A stretch of 62,758 bases of DNA, filler included, from Asterionella formosa (lineage: Eukaryota), in the NCBI GenBank assembly GCA_002256025.1. It is 24 parts of 24 records of this genome, joined end to end, with 100 filler letters (N's around TTAATTAATTAA, not from the genome) between each part and the next. Parts side by side here need not be neighbours in the genome. Positions count along the whole stretch, not along the records: positions 21,033 to 23,558 come from NKIB01015161.1; positions 23,659 to 26,181 come from NKIB01015163.1; positions 26,282 to 28,801 come from NKIB01015164.1; positions 28,902 to 31,420 come from NKIB01015165.1; positions 31,521 to 34,035 come from NKIB01015167.1; positions 34,136 to 36,650 come from NKIB01015168.1; 18 more parts are not named here. One strand, written 5' to 3'. Each line of letters opens with the position of its first letter. The stretch's first letter is position 1. This document shows positions 23,496-36,750 of this stretch, one piece after another. The notes under the pieces were generated by a model. That model had not been told where the DNA came from, did no database searches, and was given only the letters and a program-made list of their open reading frames with translations. A program made the translations under genes and the position numbers.

Positions 23496-24662
23496 CTCGA
23501 ATAAATCTGTATTCAAATATTCCTTGTTACTCCCTTCCATACCTTTTGAGGTCAGCCANNNNNNNNNNNNNNNNNNNNNNNNNNNNNNNNNNNNNNNNNN
23601 NNTTAATTAATTAANNNNNNNNNNNNNNNNNNNNNNNNNNNNNNNNNNNNNNNNNNNNAGCAGATGACAAAAAATATTGTAACTGTAGTATACACACAAT
23701 ATGTAAATTGCGACTCACTATCACTTCATTTCAACCTCAACCAAATGATAGAATGTAGATGAAATGAATAGCTAGCTATTAGAAGCGTCAGTACGCACTA
23801 GTACTTGTTCTGTTGAAAATCGTTGACAACAGCCGTTCAACAATGATGATGGCAGCATGATTCTTCGGTTGGCTGCTTGAACCAAATTCATTCCCTTGTT
23901 CATTTCAACAACTACTAGTAGCAATTCATTAGCATCCAAATTTCAAAATCAGAGCTTCGATGTTAACATTGTAGTCTTTAGTAGTAGATTTATCCATACT
24001 GCTAGCTAGCTTGAATAATCTTGCACATTGTGAGTTAAGCTTCATGCACTCCTTGCATCGCTCATGAAGCCTTAATGACTAGGCTTTTGGAGCGAGTTCA
24101 ATCATCTCTTAAATCTATCAAAGGATCATGTTATTTGTGTGAATTTGTAACTACCCGACCTGCTTTATCAGCTTGCAACAAATGGTGGTCCCTCAGTGAC
24201 AAATTTGCATGACATGGTGCTGATAGAGAATCCGGAAAGCTTGATTCAATTCAACAATCAAAAATACGCCAGAGTTTAATAACTTGAAGTCGTTGATTAA
24301 TAGACGAAGACATTCGAAGGGTTTTTCTAGTAATGAGAAAAAAGTGGTTAATCGATGATAGCTGGCAATCAATTGGGCTTGAATTGGCGACGAAAACGAA
24401 GAAGTATGACGCACTCTATACTAGGCATGGATGGTCAGTAAACCGAATATCTCAGACGACTACATAATCAAACGAACATTTTCATGGCTGTTATGATATC
24501 TAGTCATCACCATTCTATTTAAAATCACAGCCACACATGCAATGAGCTGTTAGTAGTGGTCGCATTACCAACATACAACTATCACAAGAACATACTACTG
24601 CAACCCAAAGTTCACTTACAATTTTGCTGCATACTAGCTAGTATTTCAGAGATTGACGAGAC

Positions 24663-25462
24663 AGGCAATACACGCCCGAGGTGGTCTCTTGCCTGCGAGT
24701 ACACATGTATACGAGAAGGCAAGTACCCGCCAAAAAGGGTTTTGTTGAGGCAATTCCCGCTCTAGCTATTGTCGCGTCATTCGCTTACCTACTGCCCACA
24801 AATAAAGCATAAATGTCAATTTTAGCTTACTACTGTTGCCCATCATATAAAATATATTTCGGATATTTCCTATTTTCACCTCGAAAATTGCCAAAGGTCC
24901 GATATTGCCCATCATTAAAATATATTTTGTATATTTCATATGCATGACCGGAGCAAAAACTTGCCACCAACATCAGATGTATCGATATCATCGTTCGTCC
25001 GACGAAATATGGACTATGCGACTACATGAATCCCTCGAGAAGACAAGCAATCCAACAACCAACCACATCCGTTAGACAACGAATCGCTACTGGCGTCATC
25101 GCGCAACTGATTTCTCTTCAAACCGGTCATGATGGATGACGATCGGCATGGTGAAAGGTGAATTGCCGGAGTCCACTTTTCAGGAGACGAACAAAAACGA
25201 GGTGAATTCTAGATATAAATTATAAATTATTAAAATCTGTAGAGTATATAAGATGGTTTCCTTAAGTAGACCCCTTGCCGGTTTCGGCAATCCCAGGGCT
25301 GGAAAACCGAAGGTAATTGGCGTCTGTTGTCTTGCCAAAATGCTAACATATGTGATGATGCTTAACGGATATTCTACCGGTAGTCATCTAATCTACGTAC
25401 GTACGTGGTACTAAAAACAACCATGCATGGTGGTTTAAGCTAAACTTTAACGCTTACCTTGA
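24663..25462. repeat. Dispersed non-coding GGCAAT-rich repeat, copy B (24943-25346 inverted relative to copy A)
   Basis: Colinear with 1244-1520 and 1919-2032; the middle is the reverse complement of 1521-1918. Confidence 0.9.
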
Positions 25463-26281
25463 CCGCACCACCCAGCTGAGTACACATGTGTACCTCAATC
25501 TCAATGAGCTATCGCAAACTCAGCAAAGCAGCCGGAACATGATGGAACCGGTGTTCTGCATTTACTAGTATTCAACAAGGAAGAGAGGACAGGTATGTGC
25601 TTGTTGATTGTTGTTGTCATATTTGAGTTCCCGCCATGGTCATGCATGCTAATTATAATACATATTTCTTTCTCTTCAGAATGTTGATGAAGGCACCTGT
25701 CATGTTACCCCTCCACTTCCTGACAATGCCAACAAATCACCTCCCACTGGTCGAACCCTTGTCCAATGAGGTGAAGTATATTGCCAGTTGATTCTTATTG
25801 TTTTTCAAAAGGTATAATATACATGCACTGACATTATTCATTTCCTTTTCTTGTTTCCCAATGCTAGCAAAGCCACTTTATTCGAAAGTCGCAAGAAGAT
25901 TGTAAAGTCTTCAGGATGCCAAAAATGTCGGCAACATATCTCGCCAGCACCAACAAAATATCATTCCATTGCTCCCTGTCATCCTACTCAAACTTGTCCT
26001 CCTAAAGTTACAAAGCCACAAACGCCCACATCAGCCAGTAAATTTTTCGATGCATTAAGTAATTATTATTTAGGGGCAATATGGGGCAAATCGAGTTTTT
26101 CGGCATTAAAATTGCCGATTTTTAGCATGACAACCAGAATAACGGTTATATGCATGGAGATGGTACAACAAGCGTAAAACANNNNNNNNNNNNNNNNNNN
26201 NNNNNNNNNNNNNNNNNNNNNNNNNTTAATTAATTAANNNNNNNNNNNNNNNNNNNNNNNNNNNNNNNNNNNNNNNNNNNN

Positions 26282-28801
26282 CTGTCAAATAGAGATTGAA
26301 CACTTGATTTTTCTGTTATAGACCATTTGATGATGAAGCAGAGAACTGAACTTTAACAGGAAGGGATGGTGAATGGATCTTGGTAGGCAATATTCCCAAA
26401 TTATCAGGTGACGCACCAGGCAACATCCTTGTATCCGGAATCATTCCTTTGAAATCAATTTCTGTTGAAATACCCTCAGTTACATTCATATGTACTTCTT
26501 TACTCATCTTCTTTTGTTTGTTTTCTGTATGTTATGTATCAAATATCACTTGCAATAACAATTTTTCGTGCCAAGGAAAACTGCCTTGTTTCATATGACC
26601 TTGTTAAAATGTCATGCTTTCATCGATGTAAGTGTCCATTGACACGCTTACTGGTGGGTTGCTCGTTTCAATTTGTCTTTCAAAAAAGACTCCAAATATC
26701 CACCAAAGAAATTAAGAGGAGATCCGAGCGAACCTCCTAATCAGTTGAGGGTAATGTTTCATTCCATGAAATTTTGCCATTTGTAAGCCAATTTGAGATA
26801 TCATTTCCTGTAGGGAACAAATCATAATCTTAGTAACTGACATAAATCTATTAACCCTTTCCTCGAAAATATCAATACATGTTGATGTATACTGCGGTAT
26901 GAATAAAGTGTCATTGATAGATATAAATAACCATAACAGCAATGTGAAATCCCTTTCTAGGTGCATGTTCTCTGAGCCCGCCCATCATTCCATCCATTGA
27001 AAAAATAGTTAACAGGCAGACATAATCCAGGAATTTCTTGCCCTGACATTTTTGACAAAGCTGTCATCCCAGATCTGTGTGACAATTTTGGAATATCACG
27101 ATCGCTTTGCCTTTCCAAATGACTATTGATATATCTAGCAGCCACTTTGTTCGAAGTATAGTATAGTTTCGAAAATACACACATTTCTGGTGTTGGTACA
27201 AGTGTTGGGTCTTGATTTTTGCCAGTGTAGATATTTTTTGTAGCTGGTGCATGTGTCCTTTTTGGTCTTTGCCCGTTTCTTCGGTTCCTCTTGATCAAGA
27301 AAAGCAGTGTCTGTTGTTTCAGTGATATTCAGAGATGTTCTCTGGAATATCTGGAGATTTTCTTTCTTAAAAGAAACATGTCCATTCTTCAGGGATAGTC
27401 CAATAATTGTACAATGATTCCAAAATGTACTTAAATATTCCAAGTAGTAATTGATGAAGAATTTCCATCGGGATAGGCATTTTTGTCAAGAAATTTGTTT
27501 AAAAACTTTTTAACATCTGACACTTTACAACGTTCACATCCAATATCGGGATTATCTGCATCTTCAGATGGGATACATGGTAATTTTCCATCCGGATATG
27601 CATTTTTGTCAAGAAATTGGTTTAAATTTTTTTTAATATCTGACACTTTACGACGTTCACATCCAATATCGGGATTATCAGCATCTTCAGTTGAAACCAG
27701 GCAATCACGACAAACATATCGTCGATATAATCCATTACCACCCATGACACAACAAATTTTCTTGTGCAATTCTGTAATTCTGTATCACCAATGATCATTT
27801 CAATCTGGAAATAAACTTTTGTCATACCAAGACCATGAACCAAAATATCGTATGACTTGTTTGGATCGCTCTTCGAAAGGCGACAATAGAAATCCTGTAA
27901 GAGGATGGTATAATTTGGGTCGACATAAGGACAAGTCGTCACCAGATAACTTAGATCACTGACTTCAATGTGGGGTTCTGGCAAAAAAGATACCAATTGC
28001 CATCCATCAATTTTTTCCTTCCTTCTAACGTTAAGTTTAATATTGTCAACAAAAACGGATTCTCGGAATTTTTCATTTGTTTATCAATAGGTGAACCATC
28101 ACTGAAAACTGCTAGGGCAACAAATAAACACCCTGTCTTGCCTTCAACACTCCATTTTCTGATGCAGGAGAATTTTTGAATGCATTTTCAAATCAAGTTG
28201 CGAGTCGCGGAAGTTACTTCTTTATATATGCTTTCTCCACAAGTTGTAAGTTTCACTTGTGGGTGACATACAAAATGTTGCATGATATCGGAATCACGTA
28301 ACAATCATGCCATGAGCTGTACTGGTTCGAAATAATGGAGTGTGCGTGGGATGATCATGTTTGAGTTGTTATCAATCTGTATTTGTTTGGTCAACAGTTG
28401 ACCACCAGCTAATGTTGGTGGAAATGAAATATCCATGCTATTTTCAAAGTCTGGTAGGATGGAGCTTGATACCTTCCATCAACATATTTCATTGCTTTTG
28501 CCTTAAACAGCCATTTCATTAGATGATCAAAGTAAACTGGTGGAAGGTAATTCTTGTTAAGGAATAACCTGCATGAGTTCTAATTCGATTGGATGCACGC
28601 ATGTTTAGAGAATGTTTACTTGGAAGTTGAAATTGAGGATGAAGGGGGCGGCATTTCCATTGCATTTTTAGGGAGAAAGCCGGTGTGATCTTGGAAATCT
28701 GAATATTGCATGGTCTCTGAATTCAATCCTTGGAGAGTTTTTAGTCTCAATTGTTCGTCCTGTTGTGACTGAATATTGTTATAAACTGAATCGTCGCTGT
28801 C
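26282..28801 (-). mobile_element. Degenerate Plavaka/CMC-like transposase gene
   Basis: Minus-strand fragments FSDGSPIDK..PFLLT..RKKIDGWQLVSFLP, IIGDTE, CRDCLVS..DADNP, RQSDRDIP..G...SKMSGQE, KFHGMKHYPQLIRRF; multiple frameshifts; 123-bp internal duplication at ~27470-27690. Confidence 0.7.
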
Positions 28802-28904
28802 NNNNNNNNNNNNNNNNNNNNNNNNNNNNNNNNNNNNNNNNNNNNTTAATTAATTAANNNNNNNNNNNNNNNNNNNNNNNNNNNNNNNNNNNNNNNNNNN
28901 NAAC

Positions 28905-28990
28905 CCAACAATTGCGGGAATCGAACCACACACCGCCTTCAAATCAAAGACAAACAAGCCATGTGTCCAACCAACTGAGCAATTACCCAA
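28905..28990 (-). pseudogene. tRNA-like / SINE-head-like sequence
   Basis: Minus strand GGGTAATTGCTCAGTTGG (A box) ... GGTTCGATTCCC (B box); cloverleaf imperfect. Confidence 0.45.
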
Positions 28991-30830
28991 TCTTTCTCTC
29001 CCTATAGAAAAATCAGATTTATAGTACCTTGTTTCTATTCTATTTCTAGAGTTGCCGTTTTTGCACATGGCCCATATGGCTAGTAAGGTGGGGCGGTGGA
29101 AAGGTTTGGGTGGTAGTCACTTCCTTGGGTGGAAGTAGGTAAAAAATGTGTGGTGGCTTTGTTCTTGGTTCATTTCTCTATGACTGCATTTCTCATGTCA
29201 GCCAGAAAATTTGGATGGTGAGTGTGGATTGGGTTACAGATTTACATGACCGCACCTCTGTTGGTTCTATATGAAGTATCCATAACCATTGGTGCTTCCA
29301 GGGATTCCAACTCATTGTTTTTGTCTTTGTCCCTGTTCTCAAAAACCTATTGCTTTTAGCAGCGCATCCAGCTTTGGTGCAATTTCTTCATCAGTAACTT
29401 ATCTATTTCACTGTTATTCTTCGTTCTTGTCAATGTTTAGCACATCGCCACTCTTGTATTCTTCCTCTTGCACTGTAATAGCGCTCACTCACTGGCTGTC
29501 CTTTTTTTCTTTTTCTTTTCTGTCGTTGCTATCTTTGCATGTCTCTTTTTCTGTTTGCGATGTGTTGATACCACCATTGCCATGAATTCCTCAATTCTAG
29601 TGTTTGCACCAAATTCCAAATCAACATCCATGCAATTGGGATTTTTCAATGCTCCTGCATTCAGGTTTGTATTCTTTTCCATCTCCTCCTCTTTCTGCAT
29701 TCTATTTCTATCGGGTTTTTTAATATCATATGGTTCTGTCCCACATGAATGATTTGTTCTGTCTTTGCTTGGTTGGCCGCTTGTATAGCGCTTTTCGTCA
29801 CAGCGAATCGGTCGTTTTTAGGAATAATTAAGCATTGGAAACCTATGTATAGAAAGATTACACTTTTTGCCAAGTATAAAGGCGAGTCTACAAAAGACTA
29901 ACACAGTACCACAGCGCTGATCACAGAATCTAGTGGCATTCAAGCTACAGGGACATCCGGGTCCCAATAGATAATAATTCCTGAAAACAACCGATTCACC
30001 ATGACAAAAGGCGCTATCCAAGCTGCCAACCAAGCAAAGAATGAAGACATCATTAATTTGGGACAGAACCAAAAGATGGTAATTAAGTCCGATAGAAAGA
30101 GAATGCAGAAAGAGCAAAAATGGAAAAGCAGACCGAGCTTAGCTAATGCAGGAGCAGTGAGCATTTGCGATTGCATGGATGTCGATTTGTCTGGCATTTG
30201 ATACAAACACTGCAATTGAGGAATTCATAGCAATGGTATCAACACAACACAAACAGAAGAAGAACCATGCAAAGACAAAAAAGAGAAAAGAAAGATAAGA
30301 AGTTTAACTTAGTTTTCACAACAGTGAGCGCTATTACAGTGGAAGAAGCAGAATAAAGAATGGCGATGTGCGAAACATTGACAAGAACAAAGAAGAATTA
30401 GACAGAAATAAAGAAGCTAATGATGAAGAAATTGCGCCATAGCTGGATTTCCTGCTTAAAGTAATAAGTTTATGATGACAAAGACCGCCCATGAAGACAA
30501 AAACAAAAACAAAGGAAAAGTAAGCCCTGTAATCACCATAGTACTTCAAATAGAACCTACAGAATTGGGACCAAAAAAGGAAATCTTTAACCCAATCCAC
30601 ACTCACCATCCAATACCACAACTGACATTAGAAGTGCAGTCATAGGGACAAACTGAACCAAGAATTGAAGCTACTACAATTTTTAAAACTACTTCCACAC
30701 AAGGAAGTGACTAGCACCCAAACATTTCCACTGCCCCACCTCAAAGAGTCCATGGAGCGCAATGGCTGCAACTCTAGAAGTAGGAATGCACTATAAAAAT
30801 GATTAATATAAATTTACATGGATCTATGTG
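28990..30830. repeat. Large diverged inverted duplication of a decayed coding repeat (arms ~28990-29830 and ~29975-30830)
   Basis: Both arms encode related peptides on opposite strands (IIPKNDRFAVTKSAIQAANQAK vs IIPENNRFTMTKGAIQAANQAK; CMDVDL). Confidence 0.75.
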
Positions 30831-30897
30831 GGGAATAGCTTAGTTGGTTAGCTCACCTTCTGAAATGGCGGGTTTGACTCCTGCATGCATTCTCCAC
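30830..30897 (+). pseudogene. tRNA-like / SINE-head-like sequence
   Basis: GGGGAATAGCTTAGTTGG (A box)...GGTTTGACTCC (B-box-like)...ATTCTCCA; acceptor-stem-like ends, anticodon arm degenerate. Confidence 0.45.
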
Positions 30898-31859
30898 CTG
30901 CTTTTTCCATGGTTTCCAGGTGGCGAGGCAGACAACAAGCAGGGCCAAGGCCCTCAAGGGGGGGGGGCAAGTGTGACTTCACTACCTCCACAATTTTTGA
31001 GTTCTTCAACAATAGCTTACTATTAAATATATTTAATAATTCTTATACATGGATCTGTAGCTCAGGGCAAGCCAGCAAATATGATAGGAGTCAAAATGGC
31101 CCTGGAGAATTTTAAGAATTGATGCAGTTGTTCTGCACAGAGGCAGTAAGTATTTTATTAGCTGAGTCCGTCCCTGGTACGAGGAAGACACAATGTGCAT
31201 GAGCGTGGAATCATGGCTGTTGTTACATACATTACATATATCGTAGCTGCCTTGAAATACAGCCAAGGTACTACTTACAGCGCGAGGTACCGTTACTCCG
31301 TTTATGTTTGTCCAGTAAACTAGAATTTCTACTTACCGAGTGGTATGCATGTGTTCATCACACTGATTTGTCATTTAACCGCATCCTTCACAGAGGAACC
31401 GGAACATAGCAGGCGTTAAANNNNNNNNNNNNNNNNNNNNNNNNNNNNNNNNNNNNNNNNNNNNTTAATTAATTAANNNNNNNNNNNNNNNNNNNNNNNN
31501 NNNNNNNNNNNNNNNNNNNNAAAATGTGTAAGGAATATCTTATTCACGTGGTGGTACCAGCTACTCCTACCTGTATAAACCAAATCCCGAGGATTTGCTC
31601 GGCCCGAGGAATTTGACACGATCCACAAAAACAACCGATCAAGATCAGCACTACTTACTGAAGGTAGCCTGGTGCCGGCATGTACGACACGACCGAGGGT
31701 GAAGACTGCCTGCGAGTATGCTTATGTTCCAACATGGGAGGCGCGATTGCAGCAAGTTGACCGAACGAGCGGTGCCCCCGGCACTGCGAGGGCCTCACAA
31801 GTCATGTAAACAAGATTGCAAGTACCAGTAGACAGACTCCTCCAGAGCAGGGTCTTAAC

Positions 31860-32265
31860 TAGGCAATTCACAACCTAGCTATAGGCGCGCTTTTTGCCAC
31901 TACATTGCCCTTTCCGGTAACATTTAAAACATATTTTAGCTATTGGATGCGAAATCACCAATTGCCCTTCTTCACAGAAAACATTTTTTGAATATTCCAT
32001 ATGCTCTGTTTTCGAACCAACTACCTTTGATTTTGTCAATAGCTTCTAGATTTGCCTGATGCTGAAATGGACTGCCGTTTATATCAGGGAAATGGATTAC
32101 TGATATCTATACAATAGCCCCTCAATTGACTTGCTCCTGTTTACTTAAGGCAGGACGGTGGATTGCCGAAATCGGAAGAGAGTAGGATGAGCCTCATGAA
32201 GCAGGTATGAAATGATAGCTTTCTGTAAAGTGTCAATGGCAATTTCACTTTACAACGCCCATAAG
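31860..32265 (+). repeat. Diverged relative of the GGCAAT-rich repeat (copy C)
   Basis: Shares ATTGCCC motifs, CATATG at 31998, TACTTAAGG, GGATTGCCGAAATCGG and GGCAATTTCACTTT in copy-A orientation. Confidence 0.55.
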
Positions 32266-33244
32266 TGTCACTAAGCATATCTAGTCTTGTGCAAAATTTG
32301 TTCATTGATGACTCAATTACTGATTCCTTATCAAATGAATGAGGCTGGTTGTTGGATAATTTGAGTTGCTGCTGGTGGGATTTATATCATCACATAATAC
32401 TTGCTGTTTCATGGTCGTGGCCCCAAAATTTTGGTTCCACTTTCTGTTGAATTCTAAAAGCCTTCCTGATCAAATCCTTCTCTAGATTTGACAGAGGATA
32501 ATAATTAATCAGATAATTATTCTTCAATAGAGATCTCAATCAGCCAGTCATTCAGTGTCAAAACTCAAAACATTATAGTAGGTCCAAGTTAGGCTTCCAT
32601 CTCATCTCTGAACCTGTATTTTCGTCAGATATGACCAGCAATTAAATTTTAACTATAATACTTTAAGATGTTTTCTATGTGTCCTACAATATCTCAAATC
32701 AGATCTCGGCAGCAAGTTTTAGAGCTCATGTGTCGGCTTTTTCCATTGCTTTCTAAAATAGCATTGTTTCTGTAAGTTATATGATCACAGTGCGTTATTG
32801 CTTTTGCTAGATTCTTATCATTAATCGACAATGAAAAAGATCATGTTACTCTTCAAGCGCTATCAATTTGAGTTGAGAAGCACACTACCCAGTTAGACAA
32901 CAGGAATTAGTGAACTGTTCTCCTTGTTGTCTTGGTTGTTCACTGTGGTATGTTCTGTTGATTGTTGCTTGGTCGCTTCATGCAAATTACGATCATACCC
33001 ATACTCTCACTCTTTTGTTGTCCACATTAAACATCAAGACGATGGCTGGCTTAATTTCCTCACATTCCAATTATCCAAGGAGCCAGCATCACATTTGTTC
33101 TTTCCAGTCGAAGCTGCAATATTTCTAATGCCTTGAATTGATTCCCAAGCTTTGGGGCGTTCTGTTGATTGTTGCATTTGTTTGCTTCCATTCATCTCTT
33201 CTGAAACTCAACACCTTTTGTTATTTACTCCCGTTCACATTGTA

Positions 33245-33465
33245 CCAGTCAAAAGCAGATTAAGACCACTATTTATGGTACTATATTACCCCGTTTTTGG
33301 ACTTAAAATTAGAAAAATGTTCAGATGACCCCAATTTAAACCCTTTTAATAAAAGTCGACTATTGCATGCAAGTACAAGAATGAATCATTTTAACAATTT
33401 GAAGTACCTGGTACCAGTATGATATATCTTCCAACGTGCATCGATTTTTTAAAGTCGTTCATTCG
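33245..33465 (-). mobile_element. Terminal fragment of the 16294-18301 element family
   Basis: TA|CCAGTCAAAAGCAGATTAAGACCACTAT...ATTACCCCGTTTTTGGAC aligns with the reverse complement of ~18110-18301. Confidence 0.85.
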
Positions 33466-33880
33466 AATTGGTCATCTCGCAATCGATCTTTCTTTTACAA
33501 ACACAAACGGTACATAGAGGCAAAGAAAAGCCAACTTGCTTCGTTGACAGCACAGCATGTGTACCAGTAAGTCCGTCCGATAATTAAAATAGCAGAACGA
33601 CGACCACAACGATTTTGAGCGCGACACCGAGAGATGATTGTACGCATTAGCAGGCAAAAGCAACCCGGCTGTGAATGACATCACAAACCCAACACGTACT
33701 TCTATTCAAATTGGATGCATTTTTAGCTACCGGGTATTTGATATGGTAATAGTTATTGACATGCCATGTACGCGCACTCTCATGAAAAAGAATTGCTGTA
33801 CTAACTATCGGGTCTTGCGTATTGTTTGGCTCTTCATCAGCACATTTGCTTCCACTCCTCTTTATCGTGGCTCCGGCACC

Positions 33881-33987
33881 ATGTACCTTACGATCATGAC
33901 CGGTGCTGTTTTGGTAGCCTCAAGTGCCGCATTTTCAAGCCAAAATGCCTTTGCTGGCATGCCATCACGAGTGTTTACTACTTCCAG
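33881..33987 (+). CDS. First exon of a gene with a bipartite plastid-targeting presequence
   Basis: MYLTIMTGAVLVASSAA-FSSQ: signal peptide with Phe at +1 (ASAFAP type); donor AG|GTGAGA at 33988. Confidence 0.55.
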
Positions 33988-34135
33988 GTGAGAAAGACCC
34001 ATTCGCGAGAAACGCCGACGCGCCACACTTTTGTTNNNNNNNNNNNNNNNNNNNNNNNNNNNNNNNNNNNNNNNNNNNNTTAATTAATTAANNNNNNNNN
34101 NNNNNNNNNNNNNNNNNNNNNNNNNNNNNNNNNNN

Positions 34136-36350
34136 AGCTCCCGTGAGGGTCCAGATCCTCAATGCTTGCAAATGGTCTTTGGTGGTCTTCTTGTGAGTGA
34201 AGAACGTGGTTTTTCCATCCCACCAAAGTGGGAGAGTAAAGTCTCCGCCTAAGATCTGCTGTCTACCCCCAAACTTAATTGGTGTAGTGTCGCAGCTCAG
34301 TCCATGCCAAGACATTTGATCTGGTGGTAATAGTGATTCACGTGAGTCGCTCCTGAACATCACTTGATTCATCCGAAGGACGGCTAAGTCTTTCCGGGTT
34401 GTAGGGTCAACTAAGGTAGCAAGGACGTCGACTACTGGATAGGTCCTATCCCCCTCTCCAGTAGTCTTTGACTTTCCATGCCGTTTGATAATCTTCCATC
34501 CATTTCCAGCCCATCCCTGGTCAGTTCCAGTGTCAATGACCGTGTATGGTCCCTCAGGGAATTTGGCAATGCGTAAAGTGTTATTTATGGGGCGTGGGTA
34601 TGGGTCTGGATTGGGTGGGCCAGATTTCCCAGTTGCGCCATACTTGGATGCTTTGAGCATGTTTTGACGTTTGATACCTGGAATTGAAGCAACAACGGTT
34701 AGCAAGACAAGTAAACACCTACAAAAACTTTCGTTAATTTGTTGCTATTTTATCGCGCTAAGTTGTTCCTAAATTCCTAAGTTGGTGTACCATATGGGTC
34801 TCTCTGATGCCTAATGTCTAAGAATGATGCTTCCAGCATGGGTAGGGTTTTAGCCTAGCCTATCGGCAGCTTGAGCCATCGAGTGATTACTGTCGTCGTC
34901 ACTGTTTGTTTTCTCTGCCTTGCGCGTGGAAGACTTAATCTTCTTAGCTCGGACACGGCGTGCATCAGTCTTTTCAACTTTCTTGCGTTTGTTTCCTTTG
35001 TAGGAACCATTTCCACCCCCTTTCTTTCCTAGGGTGGTCTTGTCCTTCTCAAGAAGTTCCCTAAAGATTTTTAAGGACTCTTCGTCTCCCTGGAGGTGGT
35101 TAAACATCCGGGTCTTAAATGCCTTTAGGGTATCTTCAGTTTGTCCCCCCTTTTCCTTGCCTGCGTTCCCCATTTCCTTAGAATTCTTGGGCACCTCATG
35201 ATGAGTTTCATGCTTGGGCTTGGGAGGAATCTTCCTAACCCTATAGATCTCATCGTCGGCATCGGGTCCCACCATTCCCAAGAGTAGGTGGTAGATTCCA
35301 TCAAGGTATCCCTCCTCCTTGTACCTCTCGAGACTCTCCTTGACGTCCTTCGTGTTATACTTGGGGTCAGTAGTTCTTCCCCTTCGTAATAGCCACGGAG
35401 TTTGTGCCAAGCTTCGTGTCCATCATGCTCCTCCTTGGTAGTGAGTGCCAATCTAGCAACCGCTGTAGTCGAGATGGAGGCAACCAGCATGCCCCAGACA
35501 AGGCCGTTTTCGTCGGGGTTCTTGAGGGCATAGTTCCGGGATTTGATTACCTTGATGAGGTTCGAGGTTGCAAAATGCCCGATACTCTGCTGGCTCCATT
35601 CCAGCCAATCTCCATGGTCGCCGGAAAATTGTCTGAGCTGCTGGACAGGTGTAGTGAAGATACGTTGGACAGGTTTGTTCCCGGGCCCCCAGTGCGTGAG
35701 AGCCGTTGGGGTAGGCCAGTTGTGAGCTACATGGGTATAGCGAGCTGCCACCTCATGCTTCATCTCATCAAAGTCCTCCGGGGTCTCCTCGATGTCCAAG
35801 AGCTGCCACTTAGCTAGGACAGTAAGCCATTCGAGAGCAGGTTGGACTGAATTGATAAATGCTGGGCTTTGGATTTGGTGAACGTTAAGGACGTTGCGCA
35901 GGTTGTCCATCCCAGTCACTTTCATGGTGGTGAGGATTTTCCTCATTGCAACAGCATCAGTATGCCCGTCATCATCGGGGTCATCTGCATGTCTAAGATC
36001 AACTAGGAGAAGATCGAGGACCATCTGATTGAGCTCGGGAGATATGCTTTCGGCATTACCTTCCACGGCTACATTGGCGTGGTCTGCATGGTTGCGAAAA
36101 GATAGAACCATATTGGGCTAGTACTCACCTGTGTGTTCGAGATAACGTGTTAGTCAGCTTTATAAACACAGGTGAACTTTGGGTCTTTATTCCTTTATGT
36201 TTTGTTATTGCAATCCTCTTTGTAAAATTTACGAACGAACGGACGAACGAACGAACGAACGATGCTACTACATGATGGAAAATACGATAGGGTCCGTGGA
36301 TTTGGACCCCCCTCACCCGAGGGGTTGATTGTCGTGTCATGAACAATGCA
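34136..36350 (-). mobile_element. Copia-like LTR retrotransposon 5' part: LTR (~36134-36350), gag (34850-36111, frameshifted), protease (34136-~34705)
   Basis: QFSGDHGDWLEW and DGHEAWHKLRGYYEG gag motifs; IDTGTDQ..AG..W aspartic protease followed by ESLL..Q...G...D.TP..FGG.Q; purine tract AAGGGAGGG next to the LTR start. Confidence 0.75.
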
Positions 36351-36750
36351 CCCTCCCTTGAATGTTGTCCATGCGTGTATGGGTAACATTGGAGTTAGCT
36401 CTCCAGGTTGTCCAGTAATGGTCCTCATGTGCTTCCCCTTCCAAGTAACCACTTATCCGGGTTACACTTGGATATCCTTCACCGGGTTCCTCCATAGTAG
36501 CCCCCACCCATGGAGGGGATACAAGGCAATCCCCTCGGGAACTAACCGGGTTATAGGTTCGTTCCCTACACAGAGAGCCAGTCAGGATCTAGATTACTCT
36601 AGGCCTCTTCCATAAGGGTCTGGTGGTCCATTGCTGCTGGAAAATAGCTTNNNNNNNNNNNNNNNNNNNNNNNNNNNNNNNNNNNNNNNNNNNNTTAATT
36701 AATTAANNNNNNNNNNNNNNNNNNNNNNNNNNNNNNNNNNNNNNNNNNNN

